Source: Guillardia theta CCMP2712
Taxonomy: Eukaryota > Protista > Cryptophyta
Length of the DNA: 64,000 nucleotides
Assembly: GCF_000315625.1 (NCBI RefSeq)
Contig: NW_005434672.1
Location: forward strand, 62,001 to 126,000
Direction of reading: 5' to 3'
Both the position numbers and the translations under genes were made by a program. Every line of letters starts with the position of its first letter. Positions within the stretch are counted from its first letter, which is position 1. Positions 13,323-26,000 of the stretch are shown piece after piece. The notes beneath the pieces are model-generated. The model was given only the letters and a program-made list of their open reading frames with translations. It did no database searches and was not told the origin of the DNA.

Positions 13323-15400
13323 TCATGGCTCCATCTCTCTCAGAAGTTCTTCTATCTCATGCTTGTTCCTTGAGATGATGGCTCCTATCTCCGTGATTCT
13401 AGATCTGTCTCTTTTTACTGAGTCTTTCCTATCCTGTAACAGTAGCATTCAATAAAAGCTTGTATATCTCAGATGATCACACCTTTTCCATCATAGAGTG
13501 AAAGTTCTTCCTTTCGTTTGTGACGATCTTATCTTCTAACCTGCAAACCAACTTCATGCGCTGCCAATGGTCTGGTTCAACTCACCCGTCAATCTTTCCA
13601 AGGTGGATGTCATGGGAAGTATTCATGGATGCGAGGATGAGCTCCTTGTCTCCTAGAACCATGGCTGCTTCAGGTGTCAGCTCATCCAGTTGTCCAGCGG
13701 CAAAGTGCTCTAGCTCCTCCTGAATCATCTGCGCATTCAAAGGATCACGAGGGGCAACCACAGACTGCAGGAGACACCCGTAGCGAGTTCTGATAGAAGT
13801 TGTTCTCGAGCTCACGCGCTTTTGAGAAGAATTCGTTCTGTGCTGACTCCACAAACTTGTTGACTAGATCGCCATATCGCCGTTCGAAGTCTAGTGGAAC
13901 ATCAAGGAACCGCAGGGGAGAGCAATGACGGAACTAGCAGCACCTGATAAGATTTGATCATCATCTTCCATCTGACGCAACTCGATTTCCAACAAGTCAT
14001 CGTTGAGCTCCAACTTCCATCACATAGTTAGCAGAGGTTTCATGGGATAACGGGACACAAGTACATTGCTCTCTTGTAGTTCCTTGAGGTAGGCGACAGC
14101 CTCTTCCTCCCTTATATTATCTTCTTCCAACTGTCGGATAAGATGTTTCTTCTTCAAGTTGAATTTGTGTACAAGGCTGATAGAGGCTTCATCTACAGGC
14201 CAACGCTCACTCAGCAGAAGAAGTCAGCAGAGTGCACCTACCTTTTTCCTCTCTATTTCTATTCAGGGCATTTTCAAAAACGCTTCTTTCATTTTCTTTC
14301 TTGACATTTTCTTTGATTGTGTTTTCAATGAATTCTTCTGACAACAGCCTGCATAAATCTTTAGAAACTTCTTTTTGCAAGGAAAGTTGCACCTGAACTC
14401 ATGTTGCAACTCGTCGATGACTTCAGGCCAGAAAGTAAGATTTTTGAGTTTTTCTTGCTCTGTGTCATCTTTCAACATTTCATCTAACAGGGTGTTGATC
14501 CCTTCTAAGTTTGCGTCCTTCAGCTGTTGTTGTCGCTGATGTAGTTCCTCTACTTTCTGCATCTCTTCAGCTTTCCGCTTTTCTTCTTCATACACCTCAA
14601 ACAATTCATCTTGAAAGTGCTCCCTCGCACTTTGAACCTGATCAGGATCAACAAGTCGGTAGTCCACATACACAATGTCCTTCAAGTGGGCGATGATTCT
14701 CATGTGATATTCTGGATCCTTGCTGCATGGATTCCCTTGCATGTTTAGAATTCGTAAGTTCGGAAAAGGTCGAAGGTAGTGAATCGCATTGACAACATCC
14801 GTGATTTGATTGTTTCCTATTGATAGACAGTTCAAGTTCGTCAATGTTTGTAAGTTCTTCAATCGTTCGATCCTGTTATTGAACAGACTGCTCAGAAGAA
14901 CCGTGGATTTCAGGAGATTTGAAATAAACCCAAATTTTGAATGCAAAACAGAAAGCAAGTCAGAAAATCATTGTTTCCACTCTCATGAAACAAAACAAAC
15001 CTCAAATCTGTTAACTTGATGAGACTCTCGAGCCCTTCGATCGTTCCAATGTTGTTGAAAGACAAATCAAGCCATTCTAGGTTAGTGAGATGAGAAATAT
15101 TTTCAATCTTCTCGATGATATTGTTGTCCAGCTGTAACTTTACCAGGGAGAGTAATCCATGAAGATTGTCGATCTTCAATATGTTTTGGAAGCTGAAGGT
15201 CAATGCCTAAAGAAGAAACTGAATACCACAGGACACGAAAACGGTCGGCAAGCTACCTGTATGTCTTCCAATGCAGTCTCTTGTTTGAACTCTCGCTTCT
15301 TGTCTTCAGATATGCTGATCTCTTCCACTGTGGTGATGCAGTTTCTGATGAGCTCCTCGTCTATCACGTTGGGCTCTGCCAACTCCAGGGCTTGCGCCAT
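13323..15400 (-). CDS. DRC3: Dynein regulatory complex subunit 3 (LRRC48), multi-exon
   Basis: [15 protein letters not shown]-terminus, SDS22-type LRRs ([33 protein letters not shown]), LRR cap GNP...YVDYRLV, coiled coil, and [10 protein letters not shown] near the C-terminus. Confidence 0.88.
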
Positions 15401-16443
15401 CGTCAACGCACTCCTACCCGGCCTTTACCCACCTTACCACCAAAGCTACTGGTGATAGTTGAGTGTTATGGTGTTCAAAGGTATAAGATTCTCTAATTGA
15501 ACAATTAGGTCCATTGACTATATGTTTGAGTAGACCCTCTTATCCACCACCCCCTGACGTCCTTACCCCTGGTTACAACCTTTGGCCGGGCAGTTTGAAA
15601 TCCGGGAGCCCGAACTACTATGATCCGAGTGTCCGGGCCGGCCGCGCACTGCCGTTTGCCACGGTGACTGAGGCCGCCGCGCCGGCCCACTGAACCGCTG
15701 AGTCCGGTCACTGAGTTCAACGGTTGCTCGCCGACTGAGGGCCGGCGCAAGTTTTTATTTTCAGTACCTTTGAGTAAAGGCGACTCAGTGCATTCCATGG
15801 TATTTTCTAATGCCCAATTATAAACTTATATCCTTTTAACAAACACTTGTACCTGTTAATTTGATCATAAGCATACAGTTTTTAGTCAATTTTGTACCAG
15901 AATGATTTGTACCACTCAGTACTCTTTTATATTCGTTTTAAGCATTTGAGTTCCGGCTTACACGCCTCTTGGCTGCTCTCTGCCCTGTGTACCGGTATGT
16001 TTGTCTGATATGAAGGGGGTAGGGTTATTCGTATATTTCGATACACGCTCATGAAATCTTATTAGTGTCAGCCATTGACGAGTGTAGTAAATCTAGCCAA
16101 TAAGTATTTTTGTTTTCAAATTAAGGAGTCGTATGCCAGCTAGCAACGGCAATCTTTTTTTTCTACACCGGTTGTTTTATATGGATACCTACCCCATGTC
16201 TACAGGGTGCCACCGAAACACAGGTCCCCTTGCCCCCGATCAAAGAGCAAATAATTTTCATTAAAAATCCTGAGATCTCCATAGCAAACAAGTATCCCTC
16301 CCCTCCTTCCATGCTCTTCTCCCTCCCTCCCTCCCCCCCCCCCCTGCTCCCCTCCCTTCCTCCCTGCTCCCTCCCTGCTCCCTCCTCCCCTCCCTCCCCG
16401 TTGCTTCCCTTTCCCTTGCGCTCCAGTTATAGACACCAAACAA

Positions 16444-17193
16444 ATGAATCTTCACCGTCGTGTATCAGCAACAAATGGAATTCAGCGAAGGCGAAGGCAG
16501 GAAGTTTTCGATACATTCTTGGAGCAGGAAGAGACTTGTGATGAGTCAAAGACACCTGAAGATTTGAAGCTTCGAATGATCCTGCATACGTCAGTTGATG
16601 ATCGAGACTTGCCCAGGATGTACTGGAAAAAGCCAGGCAGTAATTTGAATATCATACTTGAGCCTGGCACAGGGGTTCAATTTCAGTGTGAAGATCACAG
16701 GGGCGTTGAAGTGAATCGACTGGGCATGATCAAATTGCTGCACTCAGATGCACAGGTTGTCGAAGTGTACATCATGTACAATCGAGTCCTCTTGGAACAT
16801 GTAGACGAAACCATTATAACTAATCGAGTGCCCTGTGTGGCCCTGAAAAGAATTTTGAACAAAGTTGGAAACCGTGATTGTTATCAATCAATTTACAAGG
16901 ATACGGATGAAATAAATGCTATACCAAAAATGTGTTTCTTCAGCTTTCCTTGCATGTTGGAGCATGCCAACGATGATCTCCACGATAATTTCAGAGTGCA
17001 TGGGTATATATTTTTTCATGAAGACGACATCGAAAATAATAAATACTGTGAAATCTCTCACTTCTCGATTGCAAACCTGGCACCACTCGTTAGACCTTTG
17101 AGAAGAAATTTTGTTTGTTGTTTTCCATTGATTTTCGTTGCTTTCGATTGCTTTACAATTTTTGTTTGTTGTTTTCCATCGCTTTACGTGTGA
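16444..17193 (+). CDS. Hypothetical protein, possibly BAH-like
   Basis: 249-aa AT-richer ORF with a beta-rich globular core. The domain guess is weak and the C-terminus runs into a T-rich direct repeat. Confidence 0.4.
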   Translation: MNLHRRVSATNGIQRRRRQEVFDTFLEQEETCDESKTPEDLKLRMILHTSVDDRDLPRMYWKKPGSNLNIILEPGTGVQFQCEDHRGVEVNRLGMIKLLHSDAQVVEVYIMYNRVLLEHVDETIITNRVPCVALKRILNKVGNRDCYQSIYKDTDEINAIPKMCFFSFPCMLEHANDDLHDNFRVHGYIFFHEDDIENNKYCEISHFSIANLAPLVRPLRRNFVCCFPLIFVAFDCFTIFVCCFPSLYV

Positions 17194-18286
17194 CATGCTC
17201 GATGCTCGTCACAAGCCATGTTTATGAACTCCGAAAACCTCAGCATCTTTTCGCTGCCTGTTTCACAACCTCGGAATCATCGCCGTCTTTGTCCAAACCT
17301 ACATCCGCAAGATGCTCCTATTCGCTTGGGCACCCGCTTGTCTCCATGCTTCTCTTCCCCACAACTGATAAAAACATTACATTCGCAGGAATGATATTCA
17401 ATGGAGACTCTACCTTATGTCTTAGCTCGCTGGTTCTGATACTGAGAAGTCCTGAGGGAAGTTCTTTCACATCCGGCATTCATGGCGTTGAATAGTTCAT
17501 CGATCTTACACTTGCGATCTATTTGCAATCAAGTTGCCTACACGACTGACATGCCTTATGCATATGTGCTTGGTTGACACAGAGAGGAGGAAGAATGGGT
17601 CTTGTAGAATGCCAACCAAAACAACAATAAATTGCCTAATCAGAGAGATCCTTTACGAGAAACAATCTTGACACCAAACAACTCTACAGTCAGAGATGTG
17701 CTCGAAGCTCAATCATACGAAAGAGGGTTGTGGATGCTTGATCACCAAAAACGAGCAATTCTCCATCTTGCAATGATCATCAAATGGATTCGAAAACAGC
17801 CCTAGACTCTGGAATCCATGGCGATGCTGATTCCTACAGCTTCCTTTGAAAAACAAGCTCGAGCTGTTTGAAATGTCGTCTTGCAGTATGCCGCAAAAAG
17901 TACAAACATTCACACATGATCCAACCTTGGATGGCCTGGAGCTTGAATACGATGAAAGGGCCATTGGCTGAGAGCCATCTGGGATTCAAACAGTCGCCGC
18001 CTGCCCCGGCGGGTGCGGATGCAGCAATGGGGGAAGGGGGAGGGCAGGCGATTTGGTTGTATATGCACCCCCCAGGCGTGTAAAAGCGTGTAAGGTCAAA
18101 AATAGTTTTAATGTTTGAAACCTTGTTTCAAACATTAAAACTCCCTGACCGTACCTCCCGGTGACCGTAAAAGTGTGCTTGGATTCATGCTGAGTCTTAC
18201 TCGAAAAGAAAGTCTCCCGTCGTTGTAATTCCGTCAACAATGTAACAGGCATTCGACTGTGGGTCTTTGATTTGTTTTGAGGATGA

Positions 18287-18453
18287 CGGTGGTGTTGCGC
18301 GAACGCAAGTACCACGCTTACAGAAATTATGCGATTGGCCCGCGCCCATAAGGACGTCAGGTCATGACACTTCACAGCGACCGAGTGCGATGTCGTGCTC
18401 CATGCCAGGGCCACTCCTTGTTGATCGAGCGGTCACCCTCGCCAGGTAAGTAT
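18287..18453 (-). ncRNA. U1: U1 spliceosomal snRNA, copy 1
   Basis: Minus strand starts ATACTTACCTGG. Stem-loop I loop GATCAACAAG (U1-70K site), loop II ATCGCAC, Sm site AATTTCTG, terminal stem-loop with TGCG-TTCG-CGCA; 167 nt. Confidence 0.96.
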
Positions 18454-18511
18454 GAGAGCGGTGTGCCCCTCATCCCCGCTGAGCTCCCTGCCTCACCGTC
18501 ATGTCTGCCCT

Positions 18512-18522
18512 CGATGGCGGGC
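18512..18522 (-). promoter_or_regulatory. Candidate snRNA upstream element GCCCGCCATCG at -69..-59 (also 20227-20237 and 22146-22156)
   Basis: Identical and at the same offset in all three copies; resembles the plant USE RTCCCACATCG. Confidence 0.55.
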
Positions 18523-19189
18523 AATTGAAGGGGAAGGAGGGGTGGGAAACGCAGGGGATTTTGGGGGAGAAGGTAGGGTACAATTTCAAATCATAAACTT
18601 GTTTGTGCACGGCAGATAGTCGACGGGGAAGCATATGCTGTTGAATGCAAGTGGACTGGAATGCCAGGAACAAAATCCAAGCTTTTGAATGTGTTACTCC
18701 TCCAGTCAGGAGCTCTTTACGAGGATGCCCAAAAATGCACTCACTTTGCCTGAGCAAAGCGTTGAAACACTATCATTGGATTGGTATAAATGGCGAACAA
18801 GAGTTGACGGTGATAATACGAGCGAATATCTGAAAAGCCAGATTGTGTATTAACTGATCCACCACAGCAAATTCTGAAGATTACACGAACTTGAACTATA
18901 GTCCTCCGTGGTTTGATCTGGCTTGCTATGTGGCACATCATAGCGTGACGCTCAAGGTGGGTCACAGTTGCATGTGGATTAGATAAGCTCTCTATCTCAC
19001 AGTAATTCTCAACTTAGACCACCAGTGGTCACTGCCGTGCTGTGGGCAAGACGAGGGATTCAGCGATACAACAATCATCTGTGCCATCGAGATCGGATTG
19101 CGATCTCAGACTGCCACTCCGCCTGGGCATTACAAATTAGGAGGAGCTTTAGTATTTCGTGTCGAAATGTGACTTGCTGGCGGAGTAAC

Positions 19190-19580
19190 CAATGGTCCTT
19201 AGGTTCCGATGCGTACCATGGTAGCAGCTGTTGGGATCCGATGCGTACCATGGTAGCAGCTGTTGGGATCACCGATGCCCGATAGACACAACTTGTCCGA
19301 CCGGAATGTCTCGCTCAAGGTCGCGAGGCTCGGCGGCGGCTGTGGTGAGCAAGCTCCACGTTTCGGAAGGAGCAATCTTGAAAAGAGCTCAGTTGAGTTG
19401 CATGATTTATAGAAAGAGCCTAACCTAAGTGATGAACAGCACTGTCATAAGTCACTGTGATGAACAGCACTGTCAGCGTCGTGCGGGTCCTCCTCCAGCA
19501 TCGTCGATCAGCTTGTGACACCAAGCCTTGAAACTAAATTCGTTCAAGGGAGGATTGAAATGTTGTCGGAGGATTCTTAG
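19190..19580. repeat. Degenerate duplicated spacer module (homologous to 21175-21410 and 21665-21765) containing 32-bp and 19-bp local duplications
   Basis: cgatgcgtaccatggtagcagctgttgggatc occurs twice at 19207-19270. Shared blocks include aaggagcaatcttgaaaagagc, atagaaagagcctaacctaagtgatgaacag and gttcaagggaggattgaaa. Confidence 0.85.
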
Positions 19581-20001
19581 GTCAGCGTTTCACGCGTGGC
19601 CCAGAGGTCCAGATTCCCAGATCCCGTGCCGGGGTAGTACTAATTTTACTCAATAAATTTGAAATAATCTGGACCATGTGGTCGAGTTTGTCAGCAGGAG
19701 TTGCACCCCCACAGGGGCCCACCGATAGAATCCGGGGGGTGGGGTACTGTCCGGACCGTCAATGTGCCTACTAGCCCAAGCTCCATTCTATGCCGCAATA
19801 CAATTCCTAGTCTCAACAGCAAGAGGTACCATCCAGGTCCAAGGTACAAGACATAAATGAATGCTGACAGGATTTCAATTGCGGTGACCACCACCGTCTC
19901 AAAACGACGGACATTTGCTACTCACATGCTCGAGATTTGACTAAATACCAATCCGCACATGCTTGATTCGACTGTGGGTCTTTGATTTGGTTTGAGGGTG
20001 A

Positions 20002-20168
20002 CGGTGGTGTTGCGCGAACGCAAGTACCACGCTTACAGAAATTATGCGATTGGCCCGCGCCCATAAGGACGTCAGGTCATGACACTTCACAGCGACCGAG
20101 TGCGATGTCGTGCTCCATGCCAGGGCCACTCCTTGTTGATCGAGCGGTCACCCTCGCCAGGTAAGTAT
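20002..20168 (-). ncRNA. U1: U1 spliceosomal snRNA, copy 2
   Basis: Identical by eye to copy 1 over 167 nt. Confidence 0.96.
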
Positions 20169-21920
20169 GAGAGCGGTGTGCCCCTCATCCCCGCTGAGCT
20201 CCCTGCCTCACCGTCATGTCTGCCCTCGATGGCGGGCAATTGAAGGGGAAGGAGGGGTGGGAAAGACAGAGGACATTGGGGGTGGTGTACGCAAACAGGT
20301 GTTCAGATGAGCCAATAACGGTGAGTGAAGAGCGTACCACATGACGACGACGATGGACGATTCAACACCCAAATCAACGTGACGACAAGTTGTAAAAGTA
20401 CTCGACTTGATTTTTTTGGTCCACTTCTTCAGTTTCATTTGAGATGAACTCTAAATGTTGGCACATAAATGCCTCCATATACTCTCACTGAAGCTTCATC
20501 TCTATCTCGAGGGTGCGGCATGCCATTTCCCAGATTAGTCGAAGGAAGCTAAATTATCTGAATATCTGATATGATGTCGAGTTGAATGACTTTTTCGAAT
20601 CAATGTTTGAGATCAAAGGCTCCTTTTCACGTGGCGCCAAGCCTGGAGTACAGACTGTGTTACCGAAAATTCCTCTCTTTTTTTACCTCTGTCTTTTATT
20701 TTCAACACTTCAGGTTCAGAAGCTTGTAATCTTATCATTTCTGCATCGCAATGATGTCTTGGTACAAACTATGTCCATGGTTCATGAGCTATCAAGCTGA
20801 TGAGCAGTTCGAAGCATTTTTATGAGGCGGAACTATCCCAATAATGTAGCACAGATGCTGTTGGGATGAGGAGGATGCAGGCAGTGAATCTGAGCTTCTT
20901 TGTGTACTGCATGTGACAACAGCCGCGGTAGTGGGAGCGAAAAGCTCCATTTTCACTTTGTTGGAGGTATGTATCATTGCATAGCACTTATGCTGTGCAT
21001 CACACAGGCAGAACGTGCAATACACCGTGTGTTAGACGCGTGCTCTAGTAAAACGAAAGGCAAGAGTGTGCTCGCAAACCCAGTACACTGTTTTTCCGGG
21101 CATCAAGTGGAGTATTCTCACACACGGTTAGACAAATAAATACCCAGTTGTACAGCACCAGACTGATGGGAACTTGGGTTCCGATGCGAACCATGGTAGC
21201 AGCTGTTGGGATCACCGATCGCCGGTTGACACAAGTTGTCCCCACGGACCAGGCTCGAACGTTTTGAGCAAGCTCGCGGAAGGAGCAATCTTGAAAAGAG
21301 CGCGGCTCCGTTGAGTCTCCGTTGAGTTGCATGACATATAGAAAGAGCCTAACCTAAGTGATGAACAGTGCTGCTGTTGACATCAATCGTCGCGCGGGTC
21401 CTCCTCCAGTATACGTGCTGGATGCCGTGGTAGTTGCAGCAGCCAGGTCTCTACCCCTTGATGCTCCCGATAGAAGAGGGGTAGCCTTTTCTGAACAACA
21501 TAACCCCAAATCTGCTATTGAATTTTGCTTTAAACTGAAGGTGTTCAGGAGAAAATTGTAATGTTGTCAGTCTCAAATTCATTCAACAGTATTGCTCACA
21601 GAATTTCTTCATTTCAACATCATGTCCTTTCGTAGAACTGAACGCCGACAGCATGTCATCGGATTTCCGATGCGTACCGTACCGTGGTAGCAGCTGAGCG
21701 ATGGAATTCCGCATCAAACTAAATTTGTTCAAGGGAGGATTGAAACGTTGTCGGAGGATTCTTATTTCTCGAGTACTACATTCCTTCTCACGGATGATTA
21801 CCTTAGTGATCGCAATGTGTCAAGTTCTGTAGCACACAAGCACAAAGTCGGGGCTGGTCAAGACAAAATCCGTCACCAACTGGCTTTGGACCTGGAAGCT
21901 TTAATTTGTTTAGAGGATGA

Positions 21921-22087
21921 CGGTGGTGTTGCGCGAACGCAAGTACCACGCTTACAGAAATTATGCGATTGGCCCGCGCCCATAAGGACGTCAGGTCATG
22001 ACACTTCACAGCGACCGAGTGCGATGTCGTGCTCCATGCCAGGGCCACTCCTTGTTGATCGAGCGGTCACCCTCGCCAGGTAAGTAT
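21921..22087 (-). ncRNA. U1: U1 spliceosomal snRNA, copy 3
   Basis: Identical by eye to copy 1 over 167 nt. Confidence 0.96.
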
Positions 22088-23090
22088 GAGAGCGGTGTGC
22101 CCCTCATCCCCGCTGAGCTCCCTGCCTCACCGTCATGTCTGCCCTCGATGGCGGGCTTTAAAAGAAATCTGGGGTCCTCCCGAACTTTTCTTGGTTAGAG
22201 CGAGAACGGTATAAAGAGTATCAAGGTATGTCTAATTTACTTATACCTGCACCTATGAAATATAGTGGGCATACCACGTACATAGGGCCCGGTTCTCAGC
22301 AGTTGTACCGTTTCTTTTAGTCAAAGACCGACACTTCGCGGCCAGCATGATGTAAGTTGGGGGAAGATGATGCTGATGAGGATGAAATACCAGTGAAGGT
22401 ATTGAAAAGACAACAACTGGGCAAGACAAGTCATTGATATGGCTCAAGTCAAACTGTCTGCACTCTTGTTGCTTTCTTTATTTTGGGGAGAGAGATGTGG
22501 CGTACTTGCCATAGCTGACTGAATTTGTACTCACTTGTTTATAAACGGATGTGTTGATGGGGGAAAGTAGAATGAGCAAGAGTGATGTATATCAGAAACA
22601 CTGTCTGTGCGAAATTTGGTTGCCGGTTTCTGCTGTTTGCTCGCATCTTTAACTCACCTCTCTACAGCACCAAGTTGTTCTCGACGAATTTCAAAGATTT
22701 GTACCCTGGGCATCCCAATCTCGATGCATACATCTTTAGTGGGGGGTCGACGGGGTCCAACTCTGCTGCCTTGAAGCAGGTTGTGCTTTCTCTGATATTT
22801 GTGGGCGTGCTCATATGAATACATAGATCGGCACTGACAAGACGTTTCCTACTGCAAGCTTGAAGTCAACGCTAGCACCCTCCATGTCCGGGCCGGCTGG
22901 AGGGTTCATGTTCTGATTGCTGATATGTTTGCTGTTGCGCGTGAGGGATGGAACCAAGGGATTGTTGCGGTCCTGGATCAGTTTTGTGAAATAAATTTTT
23001 CATGTCATTGGCGGGCAAGAGTTCCAGGGTTGAAGGGAACAAATATGATTTCAACCTTTCTTTTATGTACATGGGAGGAGAAGGACAAGT

Positions 23091-26000
23091 TCATTTCTTC
23101 TTCTTCTTTCCTCCTTTCTTCCCCTTCTTTGTTTTCGTCTTCCCTTTTGAAGCCAAAACCTATCACGAATGAGCACAGCTATGAAACGAAACGAGAAACA
23201 GGGCGCAGGAAGCATTAAGATTGAGATGAGAGTTGTCTTCACAAGGGGATTGTCTCTTCAGTACAGTCTAACGCATCATCTTACCTTTGGACACAGTGTG
23301 GGCTTCCGTTCAACGAAGCCGATCTTGAAGTCAAGTTTGCGGCTCCTATCATCAACCGCTGTCAAACATCCTCCTTCTTGCCTCAGCTGCTCCGCACCTG
23401 ATTCTTTCCAGGTTTCTCATCACTGTTGACGTCCTCGGATGAACGAATCCAAACTCGTAGACAAACACATCTTTGGCTTTGAGAAAGCTTTCCAACGCCT
23501 CAGTCACCCTGCCAGACGTCAGAGTGGTAGTTGAACAAGGAGAGAGCAGCCTGCGAAGAAGAACAAGAGAATAGTGGGGATGACAGGAGAAGGAGGAGAG
23601 AAGGGGACAGGAGGCAGCAGCATGGGCTAGACAGAGAAGCGGCGTCGATGGTCTCACTGGTCGAGCATGTCGTGACAGGCTCCGATGTTGTTGTAAAGGA
23701 GGGCAGTGTCCATGTGCACCTCGGAGAGAGCCGATTGCCTAGTCATCGATCAGACGAGAAGAAGGGAAGAGAAAGTTGGATGACGTGAAGAGGAGGAAGG
23801 GGACGAGGAACAGGATATGGAAGAAAAGTGAGGAGAGTGCAGAGTAATCCTTCGTGACCTGATCGCAAGCGCCTTCTTGAAGAAGAGGAGAGCAAATTGA
23901 TAATGCCCCATGTGGAACAAGACGCTTCCTATGGAGCTATAGCTGCAACCTCTCCATCAGCTCCTCCCCTCTCCCTCCATCCTCCCCCCTCACCTGATTG
24001 CACAGTCCGAGTTGGACGAGGACTTGCTCTCCAGTTGGTCTCCAATCAGCTTTGCCTCGCTGCAGCAAACGGAAGATCAGCTTCCTCCTCCTCCTCCTCC
24101 TCCTCCTCCTGCCCACTCCCATTCTCCCACCGCCCTTTCCCCATCTCCTGCTCTTCGCTCCAGTACCAATAGCAGGAGAGAGCCAGCTCTTCAAGTCCCG
24201 CGCTTTCATAGACGCTGACAGCATGTCAGTTGTTGCTGATGCCCAACAAGGGCATACCTTCCGAGGGCAATGAAAAAAAAGAGCAGAACTTCCTTTGGAA
24301 CACCGTTGATGTCTGCAAACGCCCTCACGAGGGTTCACGATGTGAAGGAAAGGAGGCGTGCAGGGGAGTGGTGATGGGGAAGGAGACGGCGGCATGTCTT
24401 ACCTTCAACATCCTGAGGAATCTCCTCCTCCTCCTCCTCCCGCTCCTCCTCTCCTCGCTCCTGGATGTTCCCCTCCCCTTCCTCCGACGCAGCGTCATGG
24501 TCGGGCGGCAGGTTTACCCATGTATTGCAGGCCTGCAGGTAGGTGTCCACCGCCGCCTTGTACCTCGCACTGTTGTGATGAATCAGCGCAGTCTCCATGA
24601 GCGCGCCGATGGGATGAGGAGCAGGAGGAGCGAAGTGCTGCTCGCGGACCAGGCACGGGATGCCGATGTTCACCGGACGCTTCCCGTCCTCCAACTCAGA
24701 GGAGGGCTCATAGAGGCGCTGAGCATGCTTGCCCTGATGTGTGTTGGGGTCCGAGGAGGATGAGAGCTTGGGGACGGGGACGAGAGCGTTGCCCATGCAG
24801 CAGCGGCGGGTGAGGAGGTACTCCCTGAGCTCGCTCTCCTGTGAGATGCCCTTGAACTCTTCGGCGAGGATGGGATGCAGAATAGTTGGCTGGAGGGGGA
24901 TGACGCTGCCAGTCATATTGTAGAAGGCAACTTCCATCATCTCCATCCCAGCGAGCACCTTCTCCTCCCTCGTCGCGTACTTGCTGGCATGGGGGGGACG
25001 ACCGAAGGAGAGGAGGGAGCACTGGACCAACATCTCCACCACGTGAGAGACTGAGATCTGAGCTGAGTGAGGAGGGATCGGCCTGGAGGGGTTGACGTTG
25101 AGGATAGAATCAAAGATGTCTATCAGCTCGTTGACCGCGAGCAGCCTGGGAAGGAACCCGACAGTCTTGAGAAAGGAGACAAGGTCCACGAGGGTGAGGA
25201 ACAAGGTCTTGATCTTGAACGTGTTGGGCTGTTTGATCCTCTCCAGCTCTTCTTTGAGGTCACTAGAGAAGGAGGAGACGGTAGACTGCTTCTTCTGCAG
25301 CTCGTTCCTACTCACGTCCTTTTCCTCGACGACCTCGCCCTCCACGTCTATCGTCACGTTCCTCTCCGTGGAGTATCTCTTGAGCAGCGCTGCGGTGTGG
25401 TTCTCGTACGAGATCAGGAGGATAAGAACCCGCGGGCTGAAGAGAAAGTCGGAGCTCTCCGACGGCGCAATGTCCGTGTAGACCATTGGGAGCAGCCATT
25501 TCTTCACCATGATCGTCACTGCGTCCATCTTGGGCAGCTCCACGTACTTGAGGATCGCAAGGCGGACAAAGAAAACCTGCCATTCCATGAAGTTGAGCTC
25601 TGCCGCCAGCCACTCCTTGCTCCTCTTGGTGTGCACTATGGCCTCGATGATCGACGTGTAGGTCAGCCGATGGTCCATCATGCCGGCATCTCGGCACAGG
25701 CGTATCAGGTCGGCCGAGCCCATGGCGGTGTTGGGGTTGCTGAAGTCAAGCTCTTGGGTGTAGGCCTGCCCTGTGCTGTAGTGAGCGAAGAGCATCTGCA
25801 TGTCGATGGAGGCGTCGTCGTAGATCGGGCAGTCTTCCATGAGCACGTCTTCAGTCTTGTACTCCTCCTCCTTCGACACCTCGTTCTGCAACCAGCTCCA
25901 CACCAGCCGCCAGAAGGCCTTCACTCGCTCGGCAGCGTATGCAACTGAGTCTGTTTCCACGTCGAACGTGAAGGCGCGGGTCTTGGCGTCCTCCTCCTCC

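Noticed and set aside
19207-19270. 32-bp palindromic repeats as a CRISPR array
   Set aside because: Copies are directly adjacent with no spacers, there are no cas genes, and the context is eukaryotic.
19429-19475. Repeated TGATGA as box C/D snoRNA
   Set aside because: No suitably placed box D or terminal stem; explained by a local duplication.
17986-22198. Repeated ORFs (MALAWSTT..., ...GGVARTQVPRLQK...) as a protein family
   Set aside because: They are chance translations of the U1 snRNA copies; conservation boundaries match the RNA and its promoter, not the ORFs.
25067-25948. 293-aa plus-strand ORF and similar long ORFs opposite real genes
   Set aside because: Antisense shadows of GC3-rich coding sequence.
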